A DNA stretch of 63,805 nt, filler included, from Octopus bimaculoides (GCF_001194135.2; 5 parts of 5 records of this genome joined end to end with filler, not necessarily neighbours in it); one strand, 5' to 3'; shown: positions 1 to 12,831, numbered from the whole stretch's first letter. Numbers and translations are program-made. Notes: generated by a model not told the origin, from the letters alone.

Positions 1-31
<31 letters not shown>
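1..31. repeat. (TA)n microsatellite
   Basis: Direct read; one of many (TA)n, (CA)n, (TACA)n and (TAA)n tracts in the window. Confidence 0.95.
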
Positions 32-32
<1 letters not shown>

Positions 33-33
<1 letters not shown>

Positions 34-420
34 CTGGCAATCAAGATCTGTCCCACAGGAGTTTAAAAACGTGTCTATTGTCCATCTTTCTAAGCACAAA
101 GGCAATAAATATGAGTGTTACAACCTTACAGGTATCGTTGTTTTGTGTATTGCCAGGAAGATCTTTGGAAGGGTTATCCTAAAACAGACTACATAATGCC
201 CTTGCCAGCCTAGCTTTATCCCAATCTGAATGTGGATTTCGGGTTGGTAGAGGCACAGAGGATATCATTTTTAGGCAGCTGCAAAAAAAAGGGCTTGTGA
301 GTATAGCCAACGTCTTTTTGTTACATTTATGGATCTAATTAAAGCTTTAGACAGAGTATCTGGGGTGCTCTTTGGATTGTCCTCAGAAAGTTAGATGTTC
401 CTGAAAAGACTCTCAATGTC
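33..420 (+). mobile_element. RTE-clade LINE reverse transcriptase fragment (degenerate)
   Basis: Frameshifted translation SVPQEFKNVSIVHL..KGNK..ARKIFGRVIL..SQSECGFRVGRGTEDIIF..RQLQ..FMDLIKALDRV matches RTE RT motifs. Confidence 0.8.
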
Positions 421-438
421 ATCTATCTATCTATCTAA

Positions 439-515
<77 letters not shown>

Positions 516-531
516 CATCTATCTATCTATC
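421..531. repeat. (TCTA)n microsatellite
   Basis: Direct read. Confidence 0.95.
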
Positions 532-1214
532 TGCGTGCGTGTGTGTGCGAGTATGTATGTGTGTGTATGTGAGCATGTGTGTAAGTTTATACGCTCGTGC
601 ATCTGACTACACTGGTATATGTGTAGTTGGATTGTTGAGTTTATATCTGACCTATTTGTGCTTTTCGTCGTACATGTATTCGTTATCACTGTCATGTTAT
701 TGCTGCTATTCATTCAATTACATTCCTACTTAAACGTACGTACGTCTCATTCGTCGTCTGCGCACAGTTCTCTGAATTACTTCGAGAGAATTTGCTTAAA
801 GGAAACCTATTGTTATAATGGCGTTTCTTAATGTTTTGTTTCAGGTAAAGTCTCACTTGTAAGACGCTATTCATTTATTACATTTCCTTGCTGATTACTA
901 ATTTCAATGGGTAATGTAATTTCATTTAATTTTCTAACCATTTTAAATTTGTTCTCTATGCTTCTGTTTAATTTAATCGTGAGATTTTTGCAATTTCAAA
1001 TGTCTTTTTTAATGTAGAATACACATTAGAAAAATAGATTACATTTGCCATTACACACACACACACACAGAGACAAACACACACACAAACAATAACACGC
1101 CTACCCACCCTTACACACACGCACAGGCACACACGTACACACACAGGCATATATAAACACAGACACATACATACAAATATATATAAACACACACACAAAC
1201 AAATATATATAAAC

Positions 1215-3075
1215 ACGGACAATATGCACACCGTTCATAATTTGAAGGTGACGCCGATTTTAAATTCGGATCACAAAATAATAGAGCTATGTATGGAACA
1301 AACGTATCCACAGACATACATCCTAAAGGAAGTACCCAAAGTCTCTCCAGCCTGAACCTCCGCAAAGCGGACTAGAAATCGATTCAAGAAACAGATCCTC
1401 AGACAGGACTGGCCGAAATATCTCTCTACACCAGACATCGGCATGAAACTAGAGTATTTCATGTCTTTTATGCAAGCCGTGTGCTGCAAATATGTCCCAG
1501 AGCACAAGGCCAACCCCAAAAAGAACAGGATTCCAAGGAAGAAGATTCTCATGAGATGTCGGCCAAAGGTTGCGAATCACGTCAACCAACATCCCAAATG
1601 TAGTGAAAAGCACCGCTTAAATAGAAAACTAATGGAGATTGAAAAAGTCTGCAACAATCCCATGTGAAAGAGAGAGCCAACAAAAAAGCCTGGGTCATAA
1701 AATCATAACGTCAAACCCTAAAGCTTTCTTTCATTATGCCAAAGAAACAGCCTCAATACGCTGCCAAATAGGACCCATTCTTTTCAGAAGGATGGCTCCC
1801 TCGCATATAACATAACCAGGATCTGTGAAGTACTGAATGACCAGTTCAAAAGTGACATTGCTACAAGGTTGGGATTTCTTTGCTGCTTCACCTATACCCA
1901 GGGAGGCAGTTGCGAAAAATTACATCGACATTGGTCAAGAATATATAATATTAACCATCGATGAAGTGAGCACAAACTCAGCTGCGGGCCCTGATGATTT
2001 CCCAGGAATCCTCCTCAAATCATGCCCTGGCGAAACCACTACATATTCTCTTCCAGAGCTTTCTTGCAAATGGCAAGATGCCGCGCAAACTGAAGGAGGG
2101 AACAATATACCCAATTTAGAAAGGAAGAATCAGAGCAGATGCCAAGCACTATTGGCCCATCTCTCTGATTTCACACCCCAGGAAAGTCATGGAACAAATA
2201 ATCAGGGGGAAACTGATTGCATACCTTGAAAATAAAAGGGACTTGCTGAGTGATACCCAGCATGGTTTCGACTAGGAAGGATCGGCCTGTTCCAGCTCCA
2301 ACAGCATGATCACTGGATGTTGAAGTAATTACTCGATAACTCAATTGTGGACGTGATATTCCTTGACTTTGCAAAAGCTTTTGATAAAGTTGATCATGGT
2401 ATGATATGCCACAATCTGCGCGAAAACTTCGGGGCGCGGTTACAGGCCAATGGATTCACCTCAAAGGAAACACAAATAGTGAGTGGTGGTCCACAATGCA
2501 CTGTCTTGGGACCACCTCTTTTCAGAGTGGCCCTCTCAGATATGCCATATCTGCTCTGATAGTCACACTTGCTAGCTACACAGACGATATGAAAACCTCG
2601 CAGAAAATACAAAATCCTAGTGATGTTGCACGCCTGCGGCAGGAATTGGATGCAACTGATAGACGTGCTAAGGACAATAATATGCAGGTTAATGCTGGAG
2701 AATTCCACGCCCTGCCTTACCAGCACCCACAATTGAACGAAAAACTTACAGGGTACACTGGGCCAGTGGGGTGGGGTGCATTACAATCCCAAAATCTAAA
2801 TTAGTGCTTGACCTGGTTATCGACATAAGTGATGATACCTCTTTCAAAGTGCACATTACCAAGATGGCGACGAAGTGGAGATTGCTGGCTGGATCCTTAG
2901 AAACTTAACAATCAGAGCAAAGGATACCGCTGCCCAAACCTCAGGGCTTGTGCCTTTTCTACAAAGGTTTATTATAAGCAAATAATTCATTATAGAGGCT
3001 AGATATGCAAGCAATACCACTGAAACCAACACTTTTACCACATAGACATAACTGTGCAGTAAGAACACTCAGTTT
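1215..3075 (+). mobile_element. Jockey/CR1-group LINE remnant (end of APE endonuclease plus RT), multiple stops and frameshifts
   Basis: LNSDHKIIEL (APE SDH motif); KSAGPDD-like AAGPDDFPGILLK; DVIFLDFAKAFDKVDHG; degenerate SGVPQGTVLGP; ASYTDDMK (YADD). Confidence 0.8.
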
Positions 3076-3200
3076 CAACTGTTTAAGTTCTGGTTCAGTC
3101 CCACTGTGTGGCACATTGAACAGGTGTCTTCTTCTATAGCCTTAGCCTAATCAAAGCTTTGTGAGAGGATTTAGTAGACGTAAATTGAAAGACACCCGTA

Positions 3201-3244
<44 letters not shown>

Positions 3245-3394
3245 GACAAGCAAGCGTGACGTTCCATATGGGACAGTGCTACTAACGTTTATAGCCCCAG
3301 GAAGACAGCTCTTCCAGCTGGTTAACATACACATTCTGTGTCCGACTAGTATTTGCGATGGGAGGTCATCGCTCACACCTCTAGCTTTACGTGA

Positions 3395-3443
3395 TACACA
3401 CGGACTCGAGTTTCTGGGTGGTTACCCCTCCTCAGCGTGTGTT
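3395..3443 (-). ncRNA. Minimal type I hammerhead ribozyme motif, core intact
   Basis: Minus strand: acacacg CTGAGGA gggg taacca ccc a GAAA c tcga GTC^cgtgtgt; 7-bp stem I, GUC triplet, palindromic TCGA loop. Confidence 0.8.
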
Positions 3444-3554
3444 AATCACCAGCTGCTGATGACAACTCATTCTACTTGCAAAATACTATAGGTTTTTTCC
3501 AGCGGTAAACTATGCATGTATGTGTGCGTGTGTGTGTGCGTGTGTGTGTTTGTG

Positions 3555-3785
3555 TGTGTCCTTGTATCTTTGTTTGTCCCTCGCCACCACTAAACAAACA
3601 TTTTAAGTTTGCTCTCCTCCCCGTAACTTAGTGGTTCATTAAACGTCCAATACAATAAGTGCCAAACTTAAAACAAAACAACAAAAACACTGGAGTCGAT
3701 TCATTTGACTAAACGTTCTTCAATGCGATGCTCCAGCATGGCTGCAGTTCAAGGAGGGGAATAAATAAAAGATAAAAGATAAAAG
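3555..3785 (+). mobile_element. SINE 3' portion (family ending in ctccagcatggc...taaaagataaaag)
   Basis: Similar to copies at 22960-23140, 46240-46430, 50420-50545 and 52810-53000. Confidence 0.65.
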
Positions 3786-3900
3786 ACTGATATAGAAGCC
3801 GGTCTCAGGTAAGCTTTCATGCGAAAACGCCGTAACCTACAGCCTCAATTCTACTTCGATTCCTTCGTATATATCTTATTTTTTTTTTTTTACATTTCAG

Positions 3901-4043
3901 AAATGGATCAAGTTGACTGGAATAACCCACCGAAATGCTACGATGAACGCAATGGAAAACGACAACATGATGTAGGAATGCAATGCATCCAACCCTCTGA
4001 ACGGTTGGGTTTCCAGCACTTCAACCTTTTCTGCCATCAGTAG
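3901..4043 (+). CDS. Candidate coding exon (E)MDQVDWNNPPKCYDERNGKRQHDVGMQCIQPSERLGFQHFNLFCHQ*, identity unknown
   Basis: Strong acceptor (T-rich tract then acatttcag at 3899-3900); repeat-free ORF; AATAAA at 4184-4189; HDVGMQC loosely resembles an SRCR domain end. Confidence 0.3.
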
Positions 4044-4725
4044 ATGGTGATTTTCGTATAGGTCGAATATTAAACAACAGTATTTCAAATATCTGGACGG
4101 GCGTTCCATCAGGAATCTTTGAAAAGCAATGTTTAATTTCCTATAGAGGTGCTTGTTTACTGCTAGTATATTGGATTTTATTCAATAAAGTCCTCTTGCA
4201 TACAGGCATGATTCAGTTCAATAAGATATTGAAGTGGAAATATATTTCTAATATATCTGCTATGCTTTTTATGTGTTTCTCATGACCATTATTGATATAG
4301 ATGATATAACGTATCTAAAACGTCAAACTAGAATTGCTTTAGAGTTACACTTCATTACAATCATAAGTCTACACGTCAGCCAACTATAGTTACGTAACAT
4401 CTACAATAATAATCATAGCTATGATCATCTCGATCAAAAGAACGAAGTGTACAATGCCTTTATAGTAACAAATACAATGCATACATGCGTACATATGTGT
4501 GTGTATATATATCTATGCGTAAAATGTATATGTATAAACATATATACATGTGGTGTGTGGATTTCCAGCTAGACCGTTGGGTCATTTCCTGCAGAAAGTT
4601 TCGAATCGAAGCAAATGAAGAAAGTGACCAAGGAGGTAAAAATGTCGGCCAAACTCTCTTCAGTGTAGTTATAATGGTGAAAAGAATGCAGGCAGACGCT
4701 AACTGCCTCTACGTATTTGTATGAC

Positions 4726-4769
<44 letters not shown>

Positions 4770-5269
4770 GGACGAGCTCTCTACCCTGTCAATTTGCAAC
4801 ACCGGCTTTCCGGTGACTTTAGCTGAGGAAGAAATAACAATTCAGAAAATGCATGCATGCGACAGACTGGATAAGGAGAGCTAGAAGCTGAGTCAGTGTG
4901 TTTACACATGTGTTTGTCCCCAGAGATAAATTTTCTCCTTGACAAAATACATGGAATTATGTCAGCATATTTGAACTGGTGACAAGTTTGTATTCATATA
5001 GCTACACCCCCCCCACACACACACATTAATAAAATATATACATACACTATTAGATATGTACATATATAACAAAGTGTACTACATGAGTATCTACATCGCT
5101 AAAAAATAGAAGTCGAAAAATACTTCTGCACGACCGAAGAGTCACAAACCTATTACAGACATGATAAGGAAAAAATATCAGTGAACAATAATAATGTCTT
5201 ACCTCTACTGGGTCAGAACAAGTAAATGCTGGTCAACTTGGTACTGGTTTCGAAATTTAGCGCCATACA

Positions 5270-5319
<50 letters not shown>

Positions 5320-5338
5320 CATACACACNNNNNNNNNN

Positions 5339-5387
<49 letters not shown>

Positions 5388-6078
5388 GTGTGTGTTTATA
5401 TATTTGCTTTCCAGGTTCCTGATGTGAAGATGTGTTTTGCAGCAGGTATAGTTATACTTGAGGTTGGTTCATTTTTGCAAATTACAAAAAAAGCACTATT
5501 TATTTGATTGTCAGTTTAGTTTTCTTAATATTTCTTTTAGTGATTGTCAAAGTCTGTCAAGTGTCTGTCAAAGTTCTTTCGTAACATATTCTCTGACCTT
5601 TCCAACGACTCTCTGTCCCATGTATCTCCTTTTGACCTGATTATTCTATTTTGTCCTCCTGACAAAAGGGTAAAATGAAATATACATACAAACATACATA
5701 CATACATACAAACATACATACATACATACGTACATGCATACATACATACATACGTACATGCCACGTGACTGGTGTTTGGCCAGCCATGATATTTCAACGC
5801 GTCTTGTGTCCATCTCCCATCTTCCTGCCTTTAGGCTTTTACTTCATACACGCGAGCTCAATTTCAATCGTTCTCAATCGAAAAACGCCGGTTGTTATTT
5901 CTTGTTTGTATTCGTAATTGTGTGCCATGTTCTCCATTTTTTGTTTGTTTTTTTTTTTCTTCGTCTTTGTTGCCGTACATATTCGCTAAGATGTGTGAGG
6001 ATGGCAAACATAAAAAAAAAATTTTCTTCTTATCTCTAGGACGAAAAACGGATAAATATACAGCCTAGAATGAATAAG

Positions 6079-6130
6079 CTAGAACTCGAGTTTCGGACTT
6101 TCCAGAAGATGTTTGTCCTCTTCAGTTAGG
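6079..6130 (-). ncRNA. Minimal type I hammerhead ribozyme motif
   Basis: Minus strand: cctaa CTGAAGA ggac [16 nt] gtcc GAAA c tcga GTT^ctag; perfect 4-bp stem II, weak stem I. Confidence 0.65.
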
Positions 6131-6398
6131 ATCACTAACTAGGTACCTGTTAGTGCATGTTTTCACCCATGTGTGTTAAGTACAACATTGGAGCATTTTA
6201 GCTGTAATTTCTAGCAAGTTAGGAGTTTCTTGACTCCCTAGTCACATTTAGTGACAGTTGTAATTCTTCTTTTGGGTAAAACGTTTCAATCTCCTGTTTA
6301 TAACAACAACACACATACACAAACATATATTTGTTGCTAAAACGCCGACATCTGTCGTCAAGCGATGGTTGGGGACAAACGCTGGCACACACACACCA

Positions 6399-6451
<53 letters not shown>

Positions 6452-6458
6452 CATATAT

Positions 6459-6620
6459 ACGACGGGTTTCTTTCAATTTCCGTCTACCAAATCCACTCGG
6501 AAAGCTTTGGTCGGCTCGAGGCTATAGTAGAAGACACTCCCCCAGGTGCCACACAGAGGGACTGAACCCGGAACCATGTGGTTGGTGAGCAAGCTACTTA
6601 CCACACAGCCACACCTGCGC
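6459..6620 (-). mobile_element. tRNA-derived SINE (family starting gtggctgtgtggtaag)
   Basis: A-box-like and B-box-like (ggttcagtcc) motifs; related copies near 10860-10980, 18160-18290, 23180-23330 and 46070-46615. Confidence 0.75.
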
Positions 6621-6691
6621 TTATGTATTTTTGTGTGTGTATATGTGTGCATGTATAGTTAAAGCTTGTATTTTAATATAAACAAAAGATA

Positions 6692-6842
6692 AGGCGGCGT
6701 GATGGCAGAAACTTTAGCACACCGGGCGAAATTATTAGCGGTATCTAGTCTGTCTTTACGTTCTCAGTTCGAATTCAGACTTTGCTTTCGTCCTTTTCGT
6801 CCCCAAAAATTTCGGGCCTTGTGCCTAGAGTAGAAAAGAATA
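6692..6842 (+). mobile_element. tRNA-derived SINE (family ggcggcgagctggcagaa...gttcaaattccgccgagg)
   Basis: A-box and B-box (gttcgaattc); around ten related copies in the window. Confidence 0.75.
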
Positions 6843-7339
6843 TAAACGAAAGATATAAAAATGGTAGTTAGAGAAATAGAAATGCGATGCCATACGAAGG
6901 AACATTATTTGTCTTGCATCAAATTGCATCTATTGTTGACACCGTTGCTGTTAGAAATATATCTGACCAAAGAGTAGCCTCTTGAAAATTTGTGAGCAAG
7001 ATATTTACCATTTACCATTGCTATAATGTTGAATCAAGTAAATAACTGTTTTTCCAAAATAATTTGACACTAAACATACACCTCAGATAATGAAATATTT
7101 AATTGTTGTTCAAATATTCTCGTCATTGAAAGCTCTAAGAAAATATTTACTTTCATTGCGTTCGCAAATACGTTTGTGTTTAAAGATAAAGCAATATGGT
7201 GGCTCGCTTTAACTCATACCTTTCATAATGCACATACGGAACAAATTTTCAATAATTAATCTTTCTGGCTAGTTTAGGGTGTTGATTACCGTTTATAGCC
7301 AGACGTTCCTAAATGTCTCTAAGAAATATGAAATATTGG

Positions 7340-7550
7340 TTCGAAATTTTGTAGCAAGGTCTGCAGTTTTTGAGCGTTGGGTACATCGTTTATATTGATC
7401 CTAGTTTTCAACTGGAACTTATTTTACCAGCCCCGAGAAGATAAAATTCATACTGGACATCATTAAGGTCTGAACTCAGCAGGTAAAAGTCGACGAAATG
7501 ACGTTAAGCATTTTGTCCGGCGCGTAATAATTCTGCCAGCTCACCGTTTG
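7340..7550 (-). mobile_element. tRNA-derived SINE, same family as 6692-6842
   Basis: Reverse complement of the ggtgagctggcagaatt...acgccggacaaaatgcttaac head. Confidence 0.65.
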
Positions 7551-8449
7551 ACAAGCATTAAATATTAATAATAAAATTCAATGTTGAATAAGATGATATC
7601 GTGAAATACTGTGCTGTTCTCCGATATATTTATATGACTGCAACATTGGATTACATAATGAACGTTTCAGAACTTTCTGGCGAAATATTCCCCCTAAAGT
7701 GTTGGTCATCTTTTCTTCCTCGAGGCATAATTTTTTCCACATTTTCAGCTCTTTCTATTAAAATAGATTATATTTGCGTGAAATGCTGCGGTGTGCCGTA
7801 CAGAAATTTCACATGAAGTTTAACAGTGTTAATGAAGTGAAATAGATTAGCTTCAACAGTGAATTCATACTTCTACTTTGATTCAATTTGTCTGGAGCTG
7901 AGTTCTTGTTCTTCAGAACTAAAATTGATCGCATGTCAAACGTTGAACATTAATTCTAAAAATCTTTTATTTTCGATTAATGCATTGCGGTATAAAAACA
8001 AATTTTGTGCTTAGAAATATATTGGTGCTTAAGAGTCACTAAATTTCAACTTAGAAAAATGAAAATCGTCAATCTACCTCGAACTAAAATAAAGAAAAAA
8101 GATAAATAATAATGAAAGTAAGACATAAAAAGAACTCAGAAAAATGCATTTAGAATTTAAACGTAGCTCTTAACAAAGGATTGCAGGAATGGATAGCTGG
8201 AATTTTAAAATATATACTAAATAAATGTTGCGTTTAAAATTATCGCTTCAAATGGCAGATGGAAGGTTAAATAAAATTTAAAAAAGCAACATTGACAATG
8301 AAAATAAAGAACGCTAAAACGATATCACTTAGGAATTGTAAAACCTTGTTAGTTAAAGGTGATATACAATGCTCTACCTAAATATTCAAATATAGCCCCT
8401 GCGAGTGAAATATTTCGATTAGAAATTAAACAATTATCGTATTCAGAAT

Positions 8450-8600
8450 GGTGGAATGGCGCCTAAAAAAAAAAAAAGAAAATTCAGCAAGGTTTACACA
8501 AACAAAAAAGGAAAGGAAAAGGAAACGCCATTCATATATTGCTTAAAAAACATCAAATATATATGGCGTCTAGAAATCAAATATGGCGCTTCCAAATCAA
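8450..8600. promoter_or_regulatory. Cluster of ATGGCG (YY1-like) motifs, possible promoter-proximal region
   Basis: aatggcgcc, aacgccatt, tatggcgtc and atatggcgct within about 140 bp of non-repetitive AT-rich DNA. Confidence 0.25.
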
Positions 8601-8918
8601 ACGCAGCACTGAAGTGAAATGAAAGGAAAGGGTAATAAGGAGAAATGGATGCAGGAAATATAGTTCTTTATTAATTCGTTTTCTCTTTCTCTTTTATTCT
8701 TAATTTATTTTAGTTTCGTTTAATTTTCTTTGTTCTCCTCCTGACTTCTTCGGCAGATGTTTCGAATTAAATTAAGCCGCTTTTCTTTCTGAAGCAATTT
8801 ATTAAATTGAATTCCGTTTTGCTGTGAGGACACGCGCACACACATACACATGCACACAAACACGCACATATAAACACACACATTACAGAACGAGTAGGAT
8901 GATAATAAAAATATGGTG

Positions 8919-8957
<39 letters not shown>

Positions 8958-9469
8958 AAATAGCAGCGATGATACGAAAAACGTAATACTTATAATAATG
9001 ATAGCAATAAAAATAATAAAGAAGAAAATAACATTAATATTAATGATAATGATTTCTAATAAAGAAGATAACACAATAGTAGTACCAGTGGTCGTACTAT
9101 ATATANNNNNNNNNNNNNNNNNNNNNNNNNNNNNNNNNNNNNNNNNNNNNNNNNNNNNNNNNATAGGGAGAGAGAGAGAGAAAGATTCGTATATGTATAT
9201 ACATATATAAGTATATAATATATCTGTGTATGAATGTAGATGCATATATATACAGGCAGATGTAATTAAAAATAATCATAAATAATATGTTGATGATGAT
9301 GAGGAGGGAGAGTAGAAGAAAGAAGACAAGGAGGTTAAGGCGGAGAGAATAGTGGAGGAGGAAATGGAGGACGTAAATATTAAAAAAAAAGAATGAATTA
9401 CCTACAAGAGCTTCTGTTGGTTCCAACGAAGTGGACGCAGTGGGCAATTCAATCTTACCATTACAGTTT

Positions 9470-9486
9470 TAATAACGATAATAACG

Positions 9487-9580
<94 letters not shown>

Positions 9581-9617
9581 TAATAATAATAATTATTATT
9601 ATTATTATTATTATTAT
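9470..9617. repeat. (AAT)n directly abutting (ATT)n
   Basis: Direct read; self-complementary junction near 9591. Confidence 0.9.
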
Positions 9618-9938
9618 AGTGTTTTGTACTATAGGCACAAGGCCTGAAATTTGGGGAGAAGGGACTAATCGATTTCATCAACCACAGTATTTCCCTTAAT
9701 TTATCGACCCCAAAAGGATGAAAGGCAATAATAAATGTCATCTACTTTTTCATTATGCTTTAAAAAAATTGATAAAATTCCTCGTGTAGGTCTCAATGAG
9801 CGCCAGGTAAGTGACTATTGGATGACTGAGATATGTTGTGTTCGCTCGAGTTTGTATTACCTGGTATCAATTATCTACTATTTTTCACTTATTTCAGTCA
9901 TTAGACTTTGGTTATGGTGGGGAAACTATTCTGCACAC

Positions 9939-10020
9939 GGATGTATGGCCTAGTGGTTAAGAGCGCGGGCTACTAACTCCAAGATTCCGAGTTCGATTCC
10001 AGGCAGTGACCTGAATAATC
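9939..10020 (+). mobile_element. Short tRNA-derived SINE head
   Basis: A box TGGCCTAGTGG, B box GAGTTCGATTCC; anticodon and acceptor stems do not close. Confidence 0.6.
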
Positions 10021-10516
10021 ATTTTATTATTTACATTATTTACAATATTTACAACAAACACGATGAGGACAAATATCCGTCAAATTTAAATAATGTAAAT
10101 AATGTACATAATTCCGCATCTCTTAAATACAGAACTGCATCATTGAAGAGTTGTTATTAACAAGAGAGAAAAAAAAATCCCAGTAATTACTTTACAGGGT
10201 AGGAGCACTAATCAGTGATATGTATAAATGCAATGTTATTACCAGTTCAAATATGCTTATGGCACATACGAACTCGTAAGAAAACCATTGTTATGGGCAA
10301 AATTTATCGCAATAGACAATTGGTGTAAATACAGCGCCACCGATTCAAGCTGTAAGATGCAAGCATTTCGAAGTCGTTATCTCCTCTTCATTAACAGATC
10401 CGTAATTTATTTATTGTGAGTCACCGATTTGCGCTACTACTCATCAAACGATGACTGGAATAGCATGAGAGTGACAATCTCACTCATTAGCCATAAGCAC
10501 CACCTGTCCAGTTTTT

Positions 10517-10556
10517 GTTACTGAAGAGGCGATAACCACTCCGAAATACAGTCTAG
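10517..10556 (+). ncRNA. Degenerate hammerhead ribozyme motif
   Basis: gtta CTGAAGA gg [11 nt] cc GAAA taca GTC^tag; core intact, stems weak. Confidence 0.45.
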
Positions 10557-12831
10557 GTAGGTGGCGCAGTGAGTTGATTTCGGTGCATTTACACAATGTT
10601 TCTACAGTGAAAATTTTCTCCATGATATAAACATAGTGAATGCCTTCCTTACGAGTTCAGACGTGTTACAAGCATATTTGAACTGGGAATAACGTGGCAG
10701 TAACTATTATGTGTTCAAGCCTGGTACTTATTCTGTCTTCCTCTTTTGCTGAACCGCTAACTTATGGGGACGCGATTATAACAGTACCGGTTGTGGAAGA
10801 CAGACGCGCGCACACGCACAAACACACACAGATATAAAAACGACAGTCTTCTTTCAGTTGCCGTCGACCAACTCCACTCACAAGACTATAGAAGAAACTT
10901 GCTAAGTTTCCATCTCGCAGTGAGATTGAAAGCCGTATCATGTGGTTGGGAAGCAAGCTTCTTACCACATAGCCACACATAGGCCTATCATGTTGAAAAT
11001 GAACAGATACATGCCTTGTAAAACATCTACTTTCACCACTTCTATTCCACAATGATTATATGATACAGCTCAAACAATATACTCAGTAATACTTTTTTAT
11101 GACATATTTGCTTGCCTCATTTTAATTCACGATAGTCATGTTGTAGGGCGATAGATAAATAGGTCATCTGTAGCCCTTTTCGGTCTTATTCTTCATATAA
11201 AGATTTAATTAAATATTTGTCCTCAATTAATTAGGAGGCTGTTGATGAGATTCACTAAAGGATAGTGAAGTATGTTAAATAATTACTCACAAACGATTTC
11301 AAGGATACCAGCTCTAGGCATCAAGCTGTTTCCCAATTATTTTCAGTACAAGTTTAATATCCGATGCTGTACATTTTGGAGAGATATTTCTCATATATCA
11401 ATGCTGCTTTTGAGTGTTATTCTAGGCAGTTATGACTTTTGATATATCCGTTTTGAAATATGGTTTTCAAATAAACTTCTACATTTTCTAAAATAATGTA
11501 GTCTTATCTTTTTTTGCTTGGCGATTCCCCTCTCTGTAATGTTCGTAGTTTTTCTTTAGGAATTAGTTTGAGAGAATGTTGCTACCTCACATTATATGCT
11601 TTCAATCTAATATTTGTGGCATATAGTGATATGTTAAGCATTGAAGGGCTTGAAGCCATGTTTACGCATCCTTTCTGTTATGCTTATTTCTCCGAATCTA
11701 TTATTCTTCATTCTGCCGTGTTGTATTTGCTACGCTAGATAGAGATTATATTCTATATTTTAGTTTTCCCTTCGAATCATATACAATATATTATTGACTT
11801 ATCGTTTGCAACGTTAAAATGTTTACCTAAGACCTCATCTCCCAGTTGCTGTGAGAATGCGTTCTTAAAGGAAATCATTTAATTCATTTTACATCACTTC
11901 ATATCAATATGTTATAATGTCGGATATATCCTTGCGTATTGCCTATTGGACATTTAATATGGTTTGGTAATTCAGAGATGCTTTTCCTAAGGTCTATCTG
12001 TTATACTTTAGGGTTATTGTGATCTGTTCGATAGGCCCGAAGTGGAGATTGAAACTTCACTCCATTAATCACAGGTATATACATAAAATATTTAGAGCCG
12101 GAGAAAAATCACTGCGGTAACTAATATCTACAGCTATTCATACCAAGGCTAAAATGCACGAAAATCTGAATGCTGGCCAAATATCATATTGATTTTAAAG
12201 CCTTAAACATTGAAAACATAGAAAAAAGAAACAAATCTATAACCTGCTTTGTACCTCTACAAATATTATGATTCTAGGAACGGTAATTATTGACAAAGTT
12301 ACCATAAAATAAAAGATACAGAGCGTAAGCCTTTATTCGCAAAAGTAAATAATAAAGAGAAAACAAGAGTATGAAACATTGAAATAAATTATAATGGAAT
12401 ATATATACATATACATATACATGAATATACATGCATATCTATACATACAATCATATATATATATATATATATATANNNNNNNNNNNNNNNNNNNNNNNNN
12501 NNNNNNNNNNNNNNNNNNNNNNNNNNNNNNNNNNNNNNNNNNNNNNNNNNNNNNNNNNNNNNNNNNNNNNNNNNNNNNNNNNNNNNNNNNNNNNNNNNNN
12601 NNNNNNNNNNNNNNNNNNNNNNNNNNNNNNNNNNNNNNNNNNNNNNNNNNNNNNNNNNNNNNNNNNNNNNNNNNNNNNNNNNNNNNNNNNNNNNNNNNNN
12701 NNNNNNNNNNNNNNNNNNNNNNNNNNNNNNNNNNNNNNNNNNNNNNNNNNNNNNNNNNNNNNNNNNNNNNNNNNNNNNNNNNNNNNNNNNNNNNNNNNNN
12801 NNNNNNNNNNNNTATATATATATATATGTAT

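Noticed and set aside
4820-4862. CTGAGGA..GAAA hammerhead-like spacing
   Set aside because: No stem I complementarity and no valid UH site
9939-10020. Possible tRNA gene
   Set aside because: A and B boxes are present but the acceptor and anticodon stems do not pair; treated as a SINE head
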